DNA of 62,870 nt, filler included, from Asterionella formosa (Eukaryota), in the NCBI GenBank assembly GCA_002256025.1. It is 12 parts of 12 records of this genome, joined end to end, with 100 filler letters (N's around TTAATTAATTAA, not from the genome) between each part and the next. Parts side by side here need not be neighbours in the genome. Positions count along the whole stretch, not along the records: positions 37,284 to 38,358 come from NKIB01004486.1; positions 38,459 to 39,536 come from NKIB01004487.1; positions 39,637 to 40,713 come from NKIB01004488.1; positions 40,814 to 41,890 come from NKIB01004489.1; positions 41,991 to 43,067 come from NKIB01004490.1; positions 43,168 to 44,248 come from NKIB01004491.1; positions 44,349 to 45,425 come from NKIB01004492.1; positions 45,526 to 62,870 come from NKIB01004493.1; 4 more parts are not named here. The stretch is one strand, 5' to 3'. Of the stretch, positions 37,284-48,678 are shown in pieces. Below the pieces are notes generated by a model, which was given only the letters and a program-made list of their open reading frames with translations, did not search any database and was not told the DNA's origin. Each line of letters opens with the position of its first letter. The first letter of the stretch is position 1. The position numbers and the translations under genes were made by a program.

Positions 37284-38358
37284 GCCATTCTATGTAGATT
37301 TCTTCGTCGAGGTCGGCTTCGAGGAATGCCGCTTCGATGTCCACAATTTCACAAACAAAATCTTTTCTGTGTAGGGTGAGCGCAAACACAATACGTAGGC
37401 CTGTATCCGTAACAACAGGTGCGAATGAGTCTGTGAAGTCGACACCTGGTATCTGCACGTAGCCTTTTACCACGATGCGGCCCTTGTAGCGCGTAGTGTT
37501 GTCCTGCTCATTCTTCTTTTTAAATACCCATTTTGCTCCAAGTGGCTTTCGTCCATTTAGATTCTTACGAGGATGTAGCTTCCACACTTTGCGGGAGTAG
37601 AAGTTTTCAATTTCAGCTTTGATTGCCTTGGTCCATTCGTCTTTTTCGTTACTTAGTAGTGCCTGCTTGTAGCTCTTGGGTTCCAGTGGGTCGGAAGCTA
37701 GGCTCGTTGAATGTGCTTCCTCGTTAGGTTTGTGCTCTTGGAGGTTTTCATTCGTGTCGTCATCCAAAATAAGCGTGCGTGCTGCGGATGATTGCTGACG
37801 TGTACCTGCACGAGTAGGTGTAGGCGAGGTCACAAGGCCTGTTGATAGCCTATTCATTTCTCGATCTAGCTTTGTAGATTTCGTAGCATAATTCGTACGA
37901 TGCTCGTTTGTACTCATACCACCTGCGACGGAATCTGCAAAGCTCACTCTCGTGGGAGTACTGGGATCGTCCTGTTTCGTTGGTTGTGTCGTATCAGCGC
38001 CTTGTTCGTCAGGAGGTATTGCGTTGGAAGGTTTAGTAGGAGTGTCAAATTCCTCATCTATACCCGATCCGTCTGTAGTGAATTCGTCCATGTCCGCTGT
38101 CGGTTTGGCATTTCCATGCCAGTCAGCCCATTTAAGGTCTCTTGTGTTGAAGACCTTTTTCGTAGCAACGTTGTACATGCGGTAGGTATCACCGGCGTGG
38201 TCATGGCTGTATCCAAGCATGACACATTTGACACTTTTTGGGGTTAGTTTCTGCCTTGGCGTCCGAATCGTGGCCCACCCCACCCTGCCAAACTGAATCA
38301 GGTGAGGATAAATCTTAGGCTGAAAGCCGTAGAAAAGCCAATCGGGGCATTTTCCCGT
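37284..38358 (-). mobile_element. Second near-identical copia pol fragment
   Basis: Same boundaries and nearly the same protein as 36106-37183, with scattered substitutions and a 3-nt indel. Confidence 0.95.
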
Positions 38359-38460
38359 NNNNNNNNNNNNNNNNNNNNNNNNNNNNNNNNNNNNNNNNNN
38401 NNTTAATTAATTAANNNNNNNNNNNNNNNNNNNNNNNNNNNNNNNNNNNNNNNNNNNNCT

Positions 38461-39535
38461 GCAGGCGGAGGTCTGACCTCTTCAGTTGATCCATCAACAA
38501 TCAAGACGTATGGCGCTGGACTGGTTGGGCTGTACCCTTTCGACCAAACGTACGTTGAAAATGTTACGGCAAGCGTCGCTTCTTATCGAGCATCATCCCC
38601 TTGTGCTGCTGCGCTTGGATGCAAAAATGCTATCATTGTTGGAACCGGAAATCAGAGTGTGCCTATCTTAACCTTAGCTGGAAGATTTGGATCTGCTCTT
38701 GACGTTGGCCTTGGCAAAAGTAACTATGCCCAGATCCGACCTGGACCCTTTCTGAAGTTACAGCCCCAGCTAGGTATGTCGCAATCAATCTGGTTCAAGA
38801 GTAAGGCAAAGAACATCAAAGGAGCTGCTATATGGCCTTCTTCTAGCTTATCAGAATTGCAATTCAACAACTTCGATCTGTGGCTCGGTGAATGGAATAA
38901 TTGTTTGACCTGTCAAATCCGAGGAAATGGGGGAACATCATTTTCTACTAAGAAATGCCTTGGAAGCACTCCGAATGTAACTTTGGATGCTTGGTTTCAT
39001 GTTGTTTGTACATACAATCTCCAATCAACACTTAGCCTATACCTGAACGGAGCACTTGTGTCCTCCACAACACAAGTGCTCCCTGACGGATTTCAACACG
39101 GTGACCGTCAACCATTCGGCCTTGGAAACCGTCCAGGAACCAACGACAACTACATCTTCTATGCATCCGATAATTCCTTTAACGGTTATTTGGATGACTT
39201 CGCCCTCTGGGATCGCTCATTGTCTTCTGAAGAAGTGGCAGCAATGTACTCATCCAACGTTGCTTTGGTTGCTGCTCCTCGCATTGTACTGACAACACAG
39301 AATGTAGTTCGCGTTAACAACACGCCTACCAGTGACCCATTCGCGAACGAATTCAACGCCGTTAATGTTTCCTGGACTGGCACGAATGCAAAGAATGTGA
39401 CAGTTGAAATTTCTACGGATAGTGGCAAGTCTTGGTGTAAAGTTGAAAATGCTGTTGCATTTACAGATGGACTACATGGTGGAGAAAGCTTAATTTGCCT
39501 GTTTCCTAGTGTCACTCTGAAAATTCGGGCAACCT
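38461..39535 (+). CDS. LamG/concanavalin-like domain protein, internal fragment
   Basis: The frame is open from gap to gap. Motifs: GLVGLYPFD, WFHVVCTYN....LSLYLNG and FNGYLDDFALWDRSLSSEEVAAMY. Confidence 0.85.
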
Positions 39536-39868
39536 TNNNNNNNNNNNNNNNNNNNNNNNNNNNNNNNNNNNNNNNNNNNNTTAATTAATTAANNNNNNNN
39601 NNNNNNNNNNNNNNNNNNNNNNNNNNNNNNNNNNNNTCCTGTCCGCCTCCACCAAGGGCGATTGATATCTATTACGCTTGGTCCTTGCCTTGATATGTAC
39701 TATAATTTTTAGTTTACATATCCTGTACCAGTCAATATAAGAGTTAACTCACTGGTAATGCATAGTATATAGTCTTTACCGTATTTGCTACCGGTAATAG
39801 TTTCATATTATATTGAAACCACAGATCAAATGAGAGTAGACTAGAGTTTATGACCACTATGAACTGCT

Positions 39869-40396
39869 TAGACCACCATGACGGGGTAATCTTACATTTT
39901 GTACTACAAACTTTTTCAATTTTAGCTACCCGACAATATTTACTATGAACAAGTCATTTGTTTCACGCATCTACATATAGGATGTCTTAACGGCCGTTCG
40001 ATGTTGTGTGCGTTCCAGTTCTTGAGATAAACGACAACGATAATGCTGAATGAGGCACCGGAAGAAAAAATTACCTCGTTTAGCCGGGCCGACATTTTAT
40101 ATTCATATACAATACAATAATTAAAGTTCATAGCTTCTTTTAACGCTTTTCTTCAGGTGGATAATTATTATGGAAAAATATATGAATGGCTTAAGACCAC
40201 TAAAATGCAAAATGAACGACTTAAAAAGTTCGATATCGTAAGATTTATACTTCAAATTGTTAAAATGATTCATTTATCTAGTACTTGCATGCATTATTTT
40301 TGGTCGACCTCTATTCAAAGGGTTTTAATTGAGGTCCGCTGAACATTTTTCTAATTTTAGTCCAAAAACGGGGTAATATATACCGTTAGTGGTCTA
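39869..40396. mobile_element. Possible MITE
   Basis: Imperfect terminal repeats: AGACCACCATGACGG, and AGACCACTAACGG as the reverse complement. AT-rich interior. No TSD was found. Confidence 0.3.
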
Positions 40397-42559
40397 AAGC
40401 ATTTTTTGACTTGTACATCCGGTCCGGATACCGGTATACTGCCACACAAAGCTTAGGCCGTGGTCTTTGCCGCTCCCAGTCCGCCCACGCGCAGTGGGTC
40501 GTATCAACCACCCACATCTACGTGGCTTCATTCTGACGGGAGGTACGGGAAACTCCGATCTTCCTCGGCACTATCTCGCCTACCGGTATACCATGTGGAA
40601 AATTCCTGAACTGTAATTGTGCACAGACCGCGCTGTTTACTTTCCAAACATGATCATGCTAAACGCTAGTCGCGCGCACTTCTTGAAAAGTACGCGCGAC
40701 TGTCATTTCGTCANNNNNNNNNNNNNNNNNNNNNNNNNNNNNNNNNNNNNNNNNNNNTTAATTAATTAANNNNNNNNNNNNNNNNNNNNNNNNNNNNNNN
40801 NNNNNNNNNNNNNCTCGTTGTTATGAGAATTTATAGTCGATTCACAGTCAAAAAGGACAACACGGCGGAATTATGACTTCATTGGTGCGGCATGCGGGAT
40901 CCTTTTACAGATTATTTTTACTAATGATGCATGATGACGATAAAAATTATCATCATCGGCTTTTTCCTGCTGTCACCTTGCTTTAGGTGCCAACTCTTTC
41001 ACAAACTCTGCCTAAGATAGTGTGCTGTTCCTTGGCTGTGGATGGTGCTTGCTCAGCATCATCATTAGGTGCGTCCAGGTACCTGGTACCACGTACAAAC
41101 AACAATGATTCATCATTCCAACAAAGAACACGTACTTGTCCTTTTAGTCGTAGGGGTCATTAATAATCACAACATACCGATACATACGGACCGTGGTACC
41201 TGGTACCGGTTGCCTGTTTACTGGTATCAGATCCGGCAGAGGATACTTGGAGACTGCATTGCAAGCAGGAGCACTATCTTATGTGGGCTACCGGTAAGAA
41301 GCTAGAAAGGGCAATTGCTTGAACTGTGCGTACGTAGCGGTAGTACATACCGGTTCCCAGTACCAGTAAAAAACTGCTGTGACCCACTAAAAAAAAATTG
41401 GAACTGCTGTGACCCACTGAACAGGAGAAAAACACGGTTTGACCCTCCCAAATGCAGATTTGTTAATTTTAAAACTTCAACCCTAATCTTGAGCATGTAC
41501 GCTTTAAGGCTATGTCATTAGATATTAGTTTATAGCAATTGGTTTCTCCTAAAATATTGGTTGAAAAGTGCGATCGACGAAAATATTGCCAGAACACGGA
41601 TTACCCCATGTTTTGAGGATTCATTGTTATATGATATACGCAGCTTAATACAAAAATATCGCCTTCGATTTATTTGTTGTATGATTCCTGTCATATCCTT
41701 ATCCCTGTCACTTGATAGTGCCTAAGTAACTTGAGCATCATTAACTGGCGCCCTATCACCCATACACTTGAAAGGAAATGAGTACATACCAGTGTACAAT
41801 TTTCAGCTCATAATATGCATCCAATTTATGGCAAAAAAGAAATCGACTGTGCCTTCGGGCAAGGCGGCTCAGTCTATTAGCAGCGCAAACNNNNNNNNNN
41901 NNNNNNNNNNNNNNNNNNNNNNNNNNNNNNNNNNTTAATTAATTAANNNNNNNNNNNNNNNNNNNNNNNNNNNNNNNNNNNNNNNNNNNNGCCAACACGA
42001 CCAAGTGGGCGAAGCATGCTGATTTGTTCCTCCGTCCTCGATCCTGGATCTATGTACCGGCATCATACATAAACACAAAATATACCTGCATAGAGCATAA
42101 CAATCTTAACATCTACGGTAAACCCTTCATTTACTCGTGGTACTAGTACAGCGGTAATTGTGCTTGCCCCGGTCATGCATTGTTGTGTTTTCTTGACTTT
42201 TCCCTATTCGAAGAATAAAATTAGCATGAAACCTCAAAGTACGTCACAAAGTGGTGATCACCATGCATACATGCTGACGATTTTAAAGAGCGAATTGATG
42301 ACGTTTTCTATGTATATAAAAGCCTGTCCTGCGACACGTTATCAATTTCAGCAAAATGACTGTAACTTGCTGGTGCTACACTCCCAAATATTTTGACAGA
42401 GGAAAAATGAGGGCATATTATTGAATTCTACTTGTCAATGAGAATATTTATAGATGTGCTATAATGGTACTATCATTACCAGTCACCATCATAGAACAAC
42501 AACAATATGAGCAATCATGCCAATCACATTTGCAAGTTGAAAGCTTGTTGTGGTGAAAT

Positions 42560-43067
42560 TATCAGGCTGAATGCTACAGGCTCAGGCACTGCTGGCCTCG
42601 ATGTTGTTGGCTTGCCAGAAGCATTGCTTCATTGAATCCTCATTTTTGATTGCAGCTGTCTGATGCAGAAAGCAATAATTCATGATACATGTAATAATTA
42701 TGGTCCAATAAACATGTAAGAGATGTAATTAGCTCATATGAATTTGTATCATGATCCAGCAATTCATAGAATCTGTGACAAAACAAATTACTACTAGCAT
42801 AGCTAGAATTAGGTACAAATGCATCCACACTCAAAAAATTATTGTTGATGCCAGCATGACAACTTGGGCAAGCCAGTACAACAAAAAGAAATTCAATTGA
42901 TCGTAGAAACCGTTTGAACCTAGAACAATATCTCTTTTAATGTTGTTATTTATGTTTTAGGCTATGGAGAAAGCAGTGGTGAAATTGGTTTGCTCATAAT
43001 TTCTGGCAATCAAAAAAGGGTCTTTGTCACCATCTATGCCTCAAAGTAGAATTAGTTGTGATGGCTG
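42560..43067 (-). mobile_element. Degenerate second copy of the pogo-like 5' end
   Basis: Shares TAGAAACCGTTTGAACCTA, GTGGTGAA.TTGGTTT and the terminal TGGCTG with 24680-25127. Confidence 0.7.
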
Positions 43068-43167
43068 NNNNNNNNNNNNNNNNNNNNNNNNNNNNNNNNN
43101 NNNNNNNNNNNTTAATTAATTAANNNNNNNNNNNNNNNNNNNNNNNNNNNNNNNNNNNNNNNNNNNN

Positions 43168-43607
43168 CCACTGCCATGACCCAGTACTGATTGCCAACAG
43201 CGGATTTCGCGTAGGGTCCGCTGATGTCCACAAACAGTCTCTCTCCAGGTAGCTACCGTCGATTTTTCTTGCGTTGTTTTTGGGACGGCTCGTGCTTTCG
43301 CTTTCGCTGCCGCACAGCCTGCGCACACTGTCATGATGCCGCTCAACTTCCATCCAAATAATTTCGCCGTATCGTGCAAACATTTCTCGCCCACATGACC
43401 AAGCATCGCATGCGCTTCATTGATATCGACAATCACATAATTATTTTTAAATTCACCATTTTGATTATTCCATTTGTTCTTTCCTTTGTTCGTTTTCTTT
43501 GCTTCAACTTTCGTCCAATCGTTTTCGTTGTAGTCGTCGATCGATTGTTGTGTCGCGTTCTCTTGTAGTTGATCGACTTCCATCACCGTTTGCTTGATGA
43601 TCGGATT
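43168..43607 (-). pseudogene. Ty1/copia GAG-pre-integrase and integrase N-terminus fragment
   Basis: HAMLGH...CAGCAAAK (HHCC zinc finger), then after a frameshift ERLFVDISGP...GNQYWVMAV. Confidence 0.9.
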
Positions 43608-44248
43608 TGTTGAAATATATGGCGCTACTCTAGCGCGCTCCAGTACTGCCCTGGAATGACCAGTCAAGATCTTTCTCACGCCGCTCGTCTGCAGATTCTT
43701 CTGCTATATAAATCCTGTCTATTTCCGTTTAGACATTCCTCAGACTACCTAGTCTTCGGACACCTGTCGACATCAACAGCCTAACAGACACACTCTGACA
43801 CCCTCCCCTGTTGATGCTCGACATACCACATCATCCTAATGTGTATGCTCGACACATCCTTTCCTACAGGAATTCTCATAGTGCCTCCTCGTTTTCTACG
43901 TCTCTGTTTTTCTTTTTCTCTTCTCTCTTTTTCTTTCTGTTCTTGCTGATGGACTCGAACTGTCGACCTCTGGTTTTCATGTTCTTCCTCGTACCACTTG
44001 TACTAACAAGCCCGCTACCATGTTGAAATATATGGCGCTACTCTAGCGCGCTCCAGTACTGCCCTGGAATGACCGGTCAAGATCTTTCTCACGCCTGTCG
44101 ACATCAACAGCCTAACAGACACACTCTGACACCCTCCCCTGTTGATGCTCGACATACCACATCATCCTAATGTGAATGCTCGACACATCCTTTCCTACAG
44201 GAATTCTCATAGTGCCTTCTCGTTTTCTACGTCTCTGTTTTTCTTTTT
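43608..44248 (-). mobile_element. Tandem LTR - PBS - LTR (family C)
   Basis: One LTR spans 44008-43608 (TGTTAGTA...TTTCAACA). A second copy spans 44248(gap)-44021. They are separated by only TGGTAGCGGGCT on the minus strand. Confidence 0.8.
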
Positions 44249-44348
44249 NNNNNNNNNNNNNNNNNNNNNNNNNNNNNNNNNNNNNNNNNNNNTTAATTAA
44301 TTAANNNNNNNNNNNNNNNNNNNNNNNNNNNNNNNNNNNNNNNNNNNN

Positions 44349-44971
44349 GAAACAATTGATGTTAATATATCCTTAGAAGTAAAACAGGAAACCGGAATTG
44401 GGCCCTGATATGTATATGGAACATCATGTCCATCAATGCAGTTATATATATCCCGCGTAACATTAACCGCGGTATCCATAGTGTATTCAACCTGTAAATA
44501 AACAATATTATTCAGGTGATGACTAACGTGAGATATACTCAACGAGTCATTATAAATAGCATCGCTATTATCGCACATACCTCTGTAATGGCGATCAGCA
44601 ATCTGCTGTTGTATAGTAGGGACAAAAGTCACTATCTGGCCAGCAGGAGGGTTCGTGACCACTGAAATTTCCTGGGCAGATGTATTCTCAGTAGGATCGG
44701 CACGTGGCACGGTACCCCAACCGGATGGACGAATATTATGACTCCATGTATTTAACATACAAGCATGTGGAACAGGCACAGGATTCCGAACAGGAACAAG
44801 GTTAGTAGTGTTAGTAATGTTAACTCCATGAACCTTATGTTTGACCGTTGTTTCATATCCCATGCATGGTCGGTTAAGTTTTTTTTGTTGTTTCATATCC
44901 CATGCGTGGTCGGTTGCATTAAAATGCATGTGCCCTGCCATTTCCACTGAGTACAAAATTATCATGTACAA
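44349..44971 (-). CDS. Hypothetical ORF, 3'-partial
   Basis: Open frame of over 200 codons running into the gap, with a short internal duplication. No recognisable domain. Confidence 0.3.
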
Positions 44972-45659
44972 ATTTACGCTTGAAATGGTGGTTGTACTCT
45001 TGATACATCACAGGACTGTATTTAGCAATGCGAAGACGATCTTTTGTTAAAATTGACACCAGTCACGCTTATTTTCTTGATGCGTCATGGAATTGTCTTC
45101 AACTTCAACTATTTATTTACGATTTTGTGTTAGAAAATTGACACCAGGCACGCGCGTTCTCTCGAAATGACACGATTGCCTTCAGCGATGCGAAGTCGAT
45201 TTTGGCTTATGGTAGAACTCATGCTTGAGGATGTGCTTGAGTTGATCTTTGAATGATAGTTGACTCTCGAAGTAAGTCAAAACCAAGCGAATCAATTTTT
45301 TTTTTGTTCTTTTCATTGTTCCACTCAAACACTTGTTGCCACGCATTGTCGATCAAGCAAAATGACAATCAACCTCAAATCTTCCTTGGCGGAAACCTCT
45401 TGATCTTCTGGATGAGTTATCATGANNNNNNNNNNNNNNNNNNNNNNNNNNNNNNNNNNNNNNNNNNNNTTAATTAATTAANNNNNNNNNNNNNNNNNNN
45501 NNNNNNNNNNNNNNNNNNNNNNNNNAGTACAACAACCTTCAGAATTGGATTGGGGGAGGGGGAGGTGGAAGTGAAAGCGGCACCAACAATCATTGCGATG
45601 AGAGCATTGTAGAACATTCTGTAGCCACTTAAGATATGATAGAATCATAGAACCATTCT

Positions 45660-45985
45660 TAGCTAAATATAGTTCTAAATATCGATCAATTTCATCCTTT
45701 TTTAGACAGTGATATCAATGAGAATTACGATCATGCTAAGATAGATGTATGACAAAAGTATACACATCATATGACCATGTTTAACTAATTATATGATGCA
45801 ATGGTATTATAACTATGATAGTCTCATCATACTTCAAGCTCGGTAAAAGTTTACTGCATGATCATAATTATATGATACATTGATCATATTTTTGATCGAA
45901 AAACTATCATATATTTGAAAATCCTGTGCCACTTAGCGTACGATACCCTTGATCATATTTTCATGATATTTTTTATTTACAGACG
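45660..45985 (-). mobile_element. Terminal fragment of the CGTCTG element
   Basis: The reverse complement reads CGTCTGTAAATAAAAAATATCATG...GCTAAGTGGCACAG, closely matching 27840-28140. Confidence 0.8.
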
Positions 45986-47712
45986 GTGTTAATGGCATTC
46001 CCAGCTTGTTTGGTGATCGCAACTGAGTGTCTATACGAAGTGGCACCAGGTAACAACTACAAGTAGAGTCTCAAAGCTCCATTGGTATGGCCGTTTTCCA
46101 TGGCACCTCCATGAACCACTGTATCACCCCGCATGAGGTAAATGTACTTGAAAGGAACATTAAGTAACATGGCATGTTGACATTCTTCCACTTTACCCTT
46201 TGGATCTAACTGAAGCCTGTTCTCAAGTGACTCTCCATCCCAAACATTTAAGGAGAACCACCATCTCCTAGCGACCTATCCAATCCCCATGGAATGCATG
46301 TTTCCACATCAATTATATCCATTTCTTCATGTTGATAATCGCAATGTGGCTCTTGCCTACCATTCGATTCAAGGAAAGTGTGAAGTAATGTACAGGTATG
46401 AGGCATGATACTCATCGTGATATAACTAGTTTCGTCACTAATAACCGATTGCGGTACAGCTCCTGGAATGCATATTGACAACAATTGCCAAAACATGCTA
46501 ACATTGTAGTGGGATGTAGTATCCGAGATCTTCATTCCATCGATGAATCCGCCATATGAAATCAATGACTTTGCGCTGCCAATCATCTTTTTATAACATT
46601 ATTCAAGGCGGTTCCTGAATTTAAAAGTTTTCTTGATAAGTGCCTTAGTCTTGCGATCTGTTCTGACTTGGCCCAAAATCCAGGAGGTTCCGATGTCCAG
46701 AAACGGCCAATTCTTCATCCCAAAGAAACTATCGGGAAGAAACGACAAATTCAAGAAAAACATTCTGGTGGAACTTACACCTTTGATATGTATTGTTGTA
46801 TCGTTTTCAACAATAAATGTCACCACCTTCATGGACGCGGCTACTTTCTCAAGAAAACTTTGTAGCGGTTGAATGTGTTGAAACTTTGTCAATGCCCAAA
46901 CCTCCTTGACAAAACCTCGAACCAACTTAGCGTTTTTAGAAGTAACACAAAATACATGCCATCCAACCTTCTTGCCTCCCTTTTTTTATAATAAGAAGAA
47001 ATGAATTTACAGCATCCAATATTTTGAGCACGATTTTCAAAATTACATCCAGGTCCACATTCGCATTGTTGTCAAGGTGTCCTTGTAGGAAAAAACGGAG
47101 TAACCTATGGTCGTTGTGGTGCCTATGCTGATCTGCGGCTAACACGCGATCACTTACTTCTGTGCGCTCAGCCAAGTTGCGCGGCATACAATCATCACGA
47201 AAAAAGTTGAGAAGAATTAGCGATTCGTAATTGAGCCAGCAAGCAACGAACTGTGCGGTAATCTGATCAATCTTGATCTTTATCCATGCTTCCTTCTCTA
47301 AAATAGAATCAAAAATCCAGGTAAAGGACATGAATTGTGCCATGGGACAATTTTCTTGATTTCGGAAGCCTTCCGGGCATGGTCGAGAACAGATGTATCG
47401 GAAACCCTGTCCTACACATTGACCAACGCTTTGCTTGGCCTTTGTGTAGCATACAAACTGGCCAACTTCGCCAGCAGAATTACCCTTCAATACTGAAACC
47501 AAATCACTTGTCACAAGAGAGAGGTCCTCATCTTCGTTCCGAGCAGCCAACTCGTCATTGGGCTTTTGCGAGGCACTCATGGTAGGAATTTTTGATAACA
47601 TATGATGGATGTGGTGTACACATTGTTTGTGAATTACGTACATGAAGATGTAGACGACGTCTACTACCAATTCTACCAGTAGTACAAGTATTGTATTGTG
47701 ATGTTGAGGCAT
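45986..47712 (-). pseudogene. Decayed gene(s) ending in a 2OG-Fe(II) dioxygenase-like domain
   Basis: QEPHCDY (HxD, 46346-46338), then after one frameshift LNVWDG...LNVPFKYIYLMRGDTVVHGG (His 46113-46111)...ALRLYL (Arg 46071-46069). Upstream ORFs of 258, 108 and 112 aa are separated by stops or frameshifts. Confidence 0.65.
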
Positions 47713-48678
47713 GTTGATAACATCTTAGAATCAGATAAATTCTTATATGTCTGATTTTGTGTCAATTTGGACATCCAGTGCATATTAACGATGACAATAC
47801 AAAATTGTAAATAATTCTTGATATTCCATTAGTAAACAAAAATAGTCATTAAAAAATGTACTTTAAAACTTTGTTTTCCCCCCTTCTTCTGTAATCATTG
47901 AATGGCTGTGCTTGGCCTTGGTTGCCATTGTCATTGCTGTTCTTGCTTCTACTGTTACTATCACTGCTTTCTGGTGAGACAAATCAGACTGCTCCCTTGG
48001 AGGTCGTGTGCTGCGCTGTAAAGGAATCCATCGAAAAGAACACCAAATAAGCAAGAAAATGAGCACATTGGAATAACTCTGGATGTCAGCTATTACTGGC
48101 ATTGTTACTCACCCTTGTATGTCACCAGACACTTCAGCCTTGCCTGTTCTTGACTCATCTTTGGCCTCCCAGACATGGTTTGATTGTTGGAATTGAATGT
48201 GCAGTGAGCGAGAAGAGTCAGTGACGCAAATTCATTGAGATGATTAACATTCATCCACCAGTCATGCACAAAAAACTGAGTTGGAGATGTACATACAAAT
48301 TGTTGTACTGCTATTGCGTACCTTTTTACAATGGATTCAGGGAGTGCACGCCAGCAGCATCCGAAATCATTATAATCGCCATGAAAGAATACACATAAAT
48401 GAATGAACTAAAACTAGTACAAGATCCTACAGAAGTTCTAGAGGGGCTTGTACCACAAGGTGCCGGTTTGGTCATGTCAACTCTACCTGCATATCTGTAC
48501 TTCTCGGCTCCTGTGTACTGTATATATTTTGCTGCTTGATGTATTATGTGGTTGTTTTATATAAATAAAATACAAAATACAAATATTTTATTATAGGTAA
48601 GAATGGGCCTGTGATTCCTCATTTCGATGAAATGTATGCATGGACATCACGGCCTTCATATACAATTCACTTTGAAGC

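Noticed and set aside
36106..38358. Apparent 1.08-kb inverted repeat of copia pol around a gap
   Set aside because: These are two separate contigs with identical break points joined by an artificial linker. They are repeat copies or haplotypes, not a real palindrome.
40668..40701. 13-bp imperfect hairpin AGTCGCGCG.ACT
   Set aside because: It lies at a contig edge with no CTRR end or other context, so it cannot be called a terminator or Helitron end.
34828..45525. Regular ~1177-bp periodicity of TTAATTAATTAA
   Set aside because: Artificial six-frame-stop linkers between similarly sized unplaced contigs. ORFs ending in X...LIN are artefacts.
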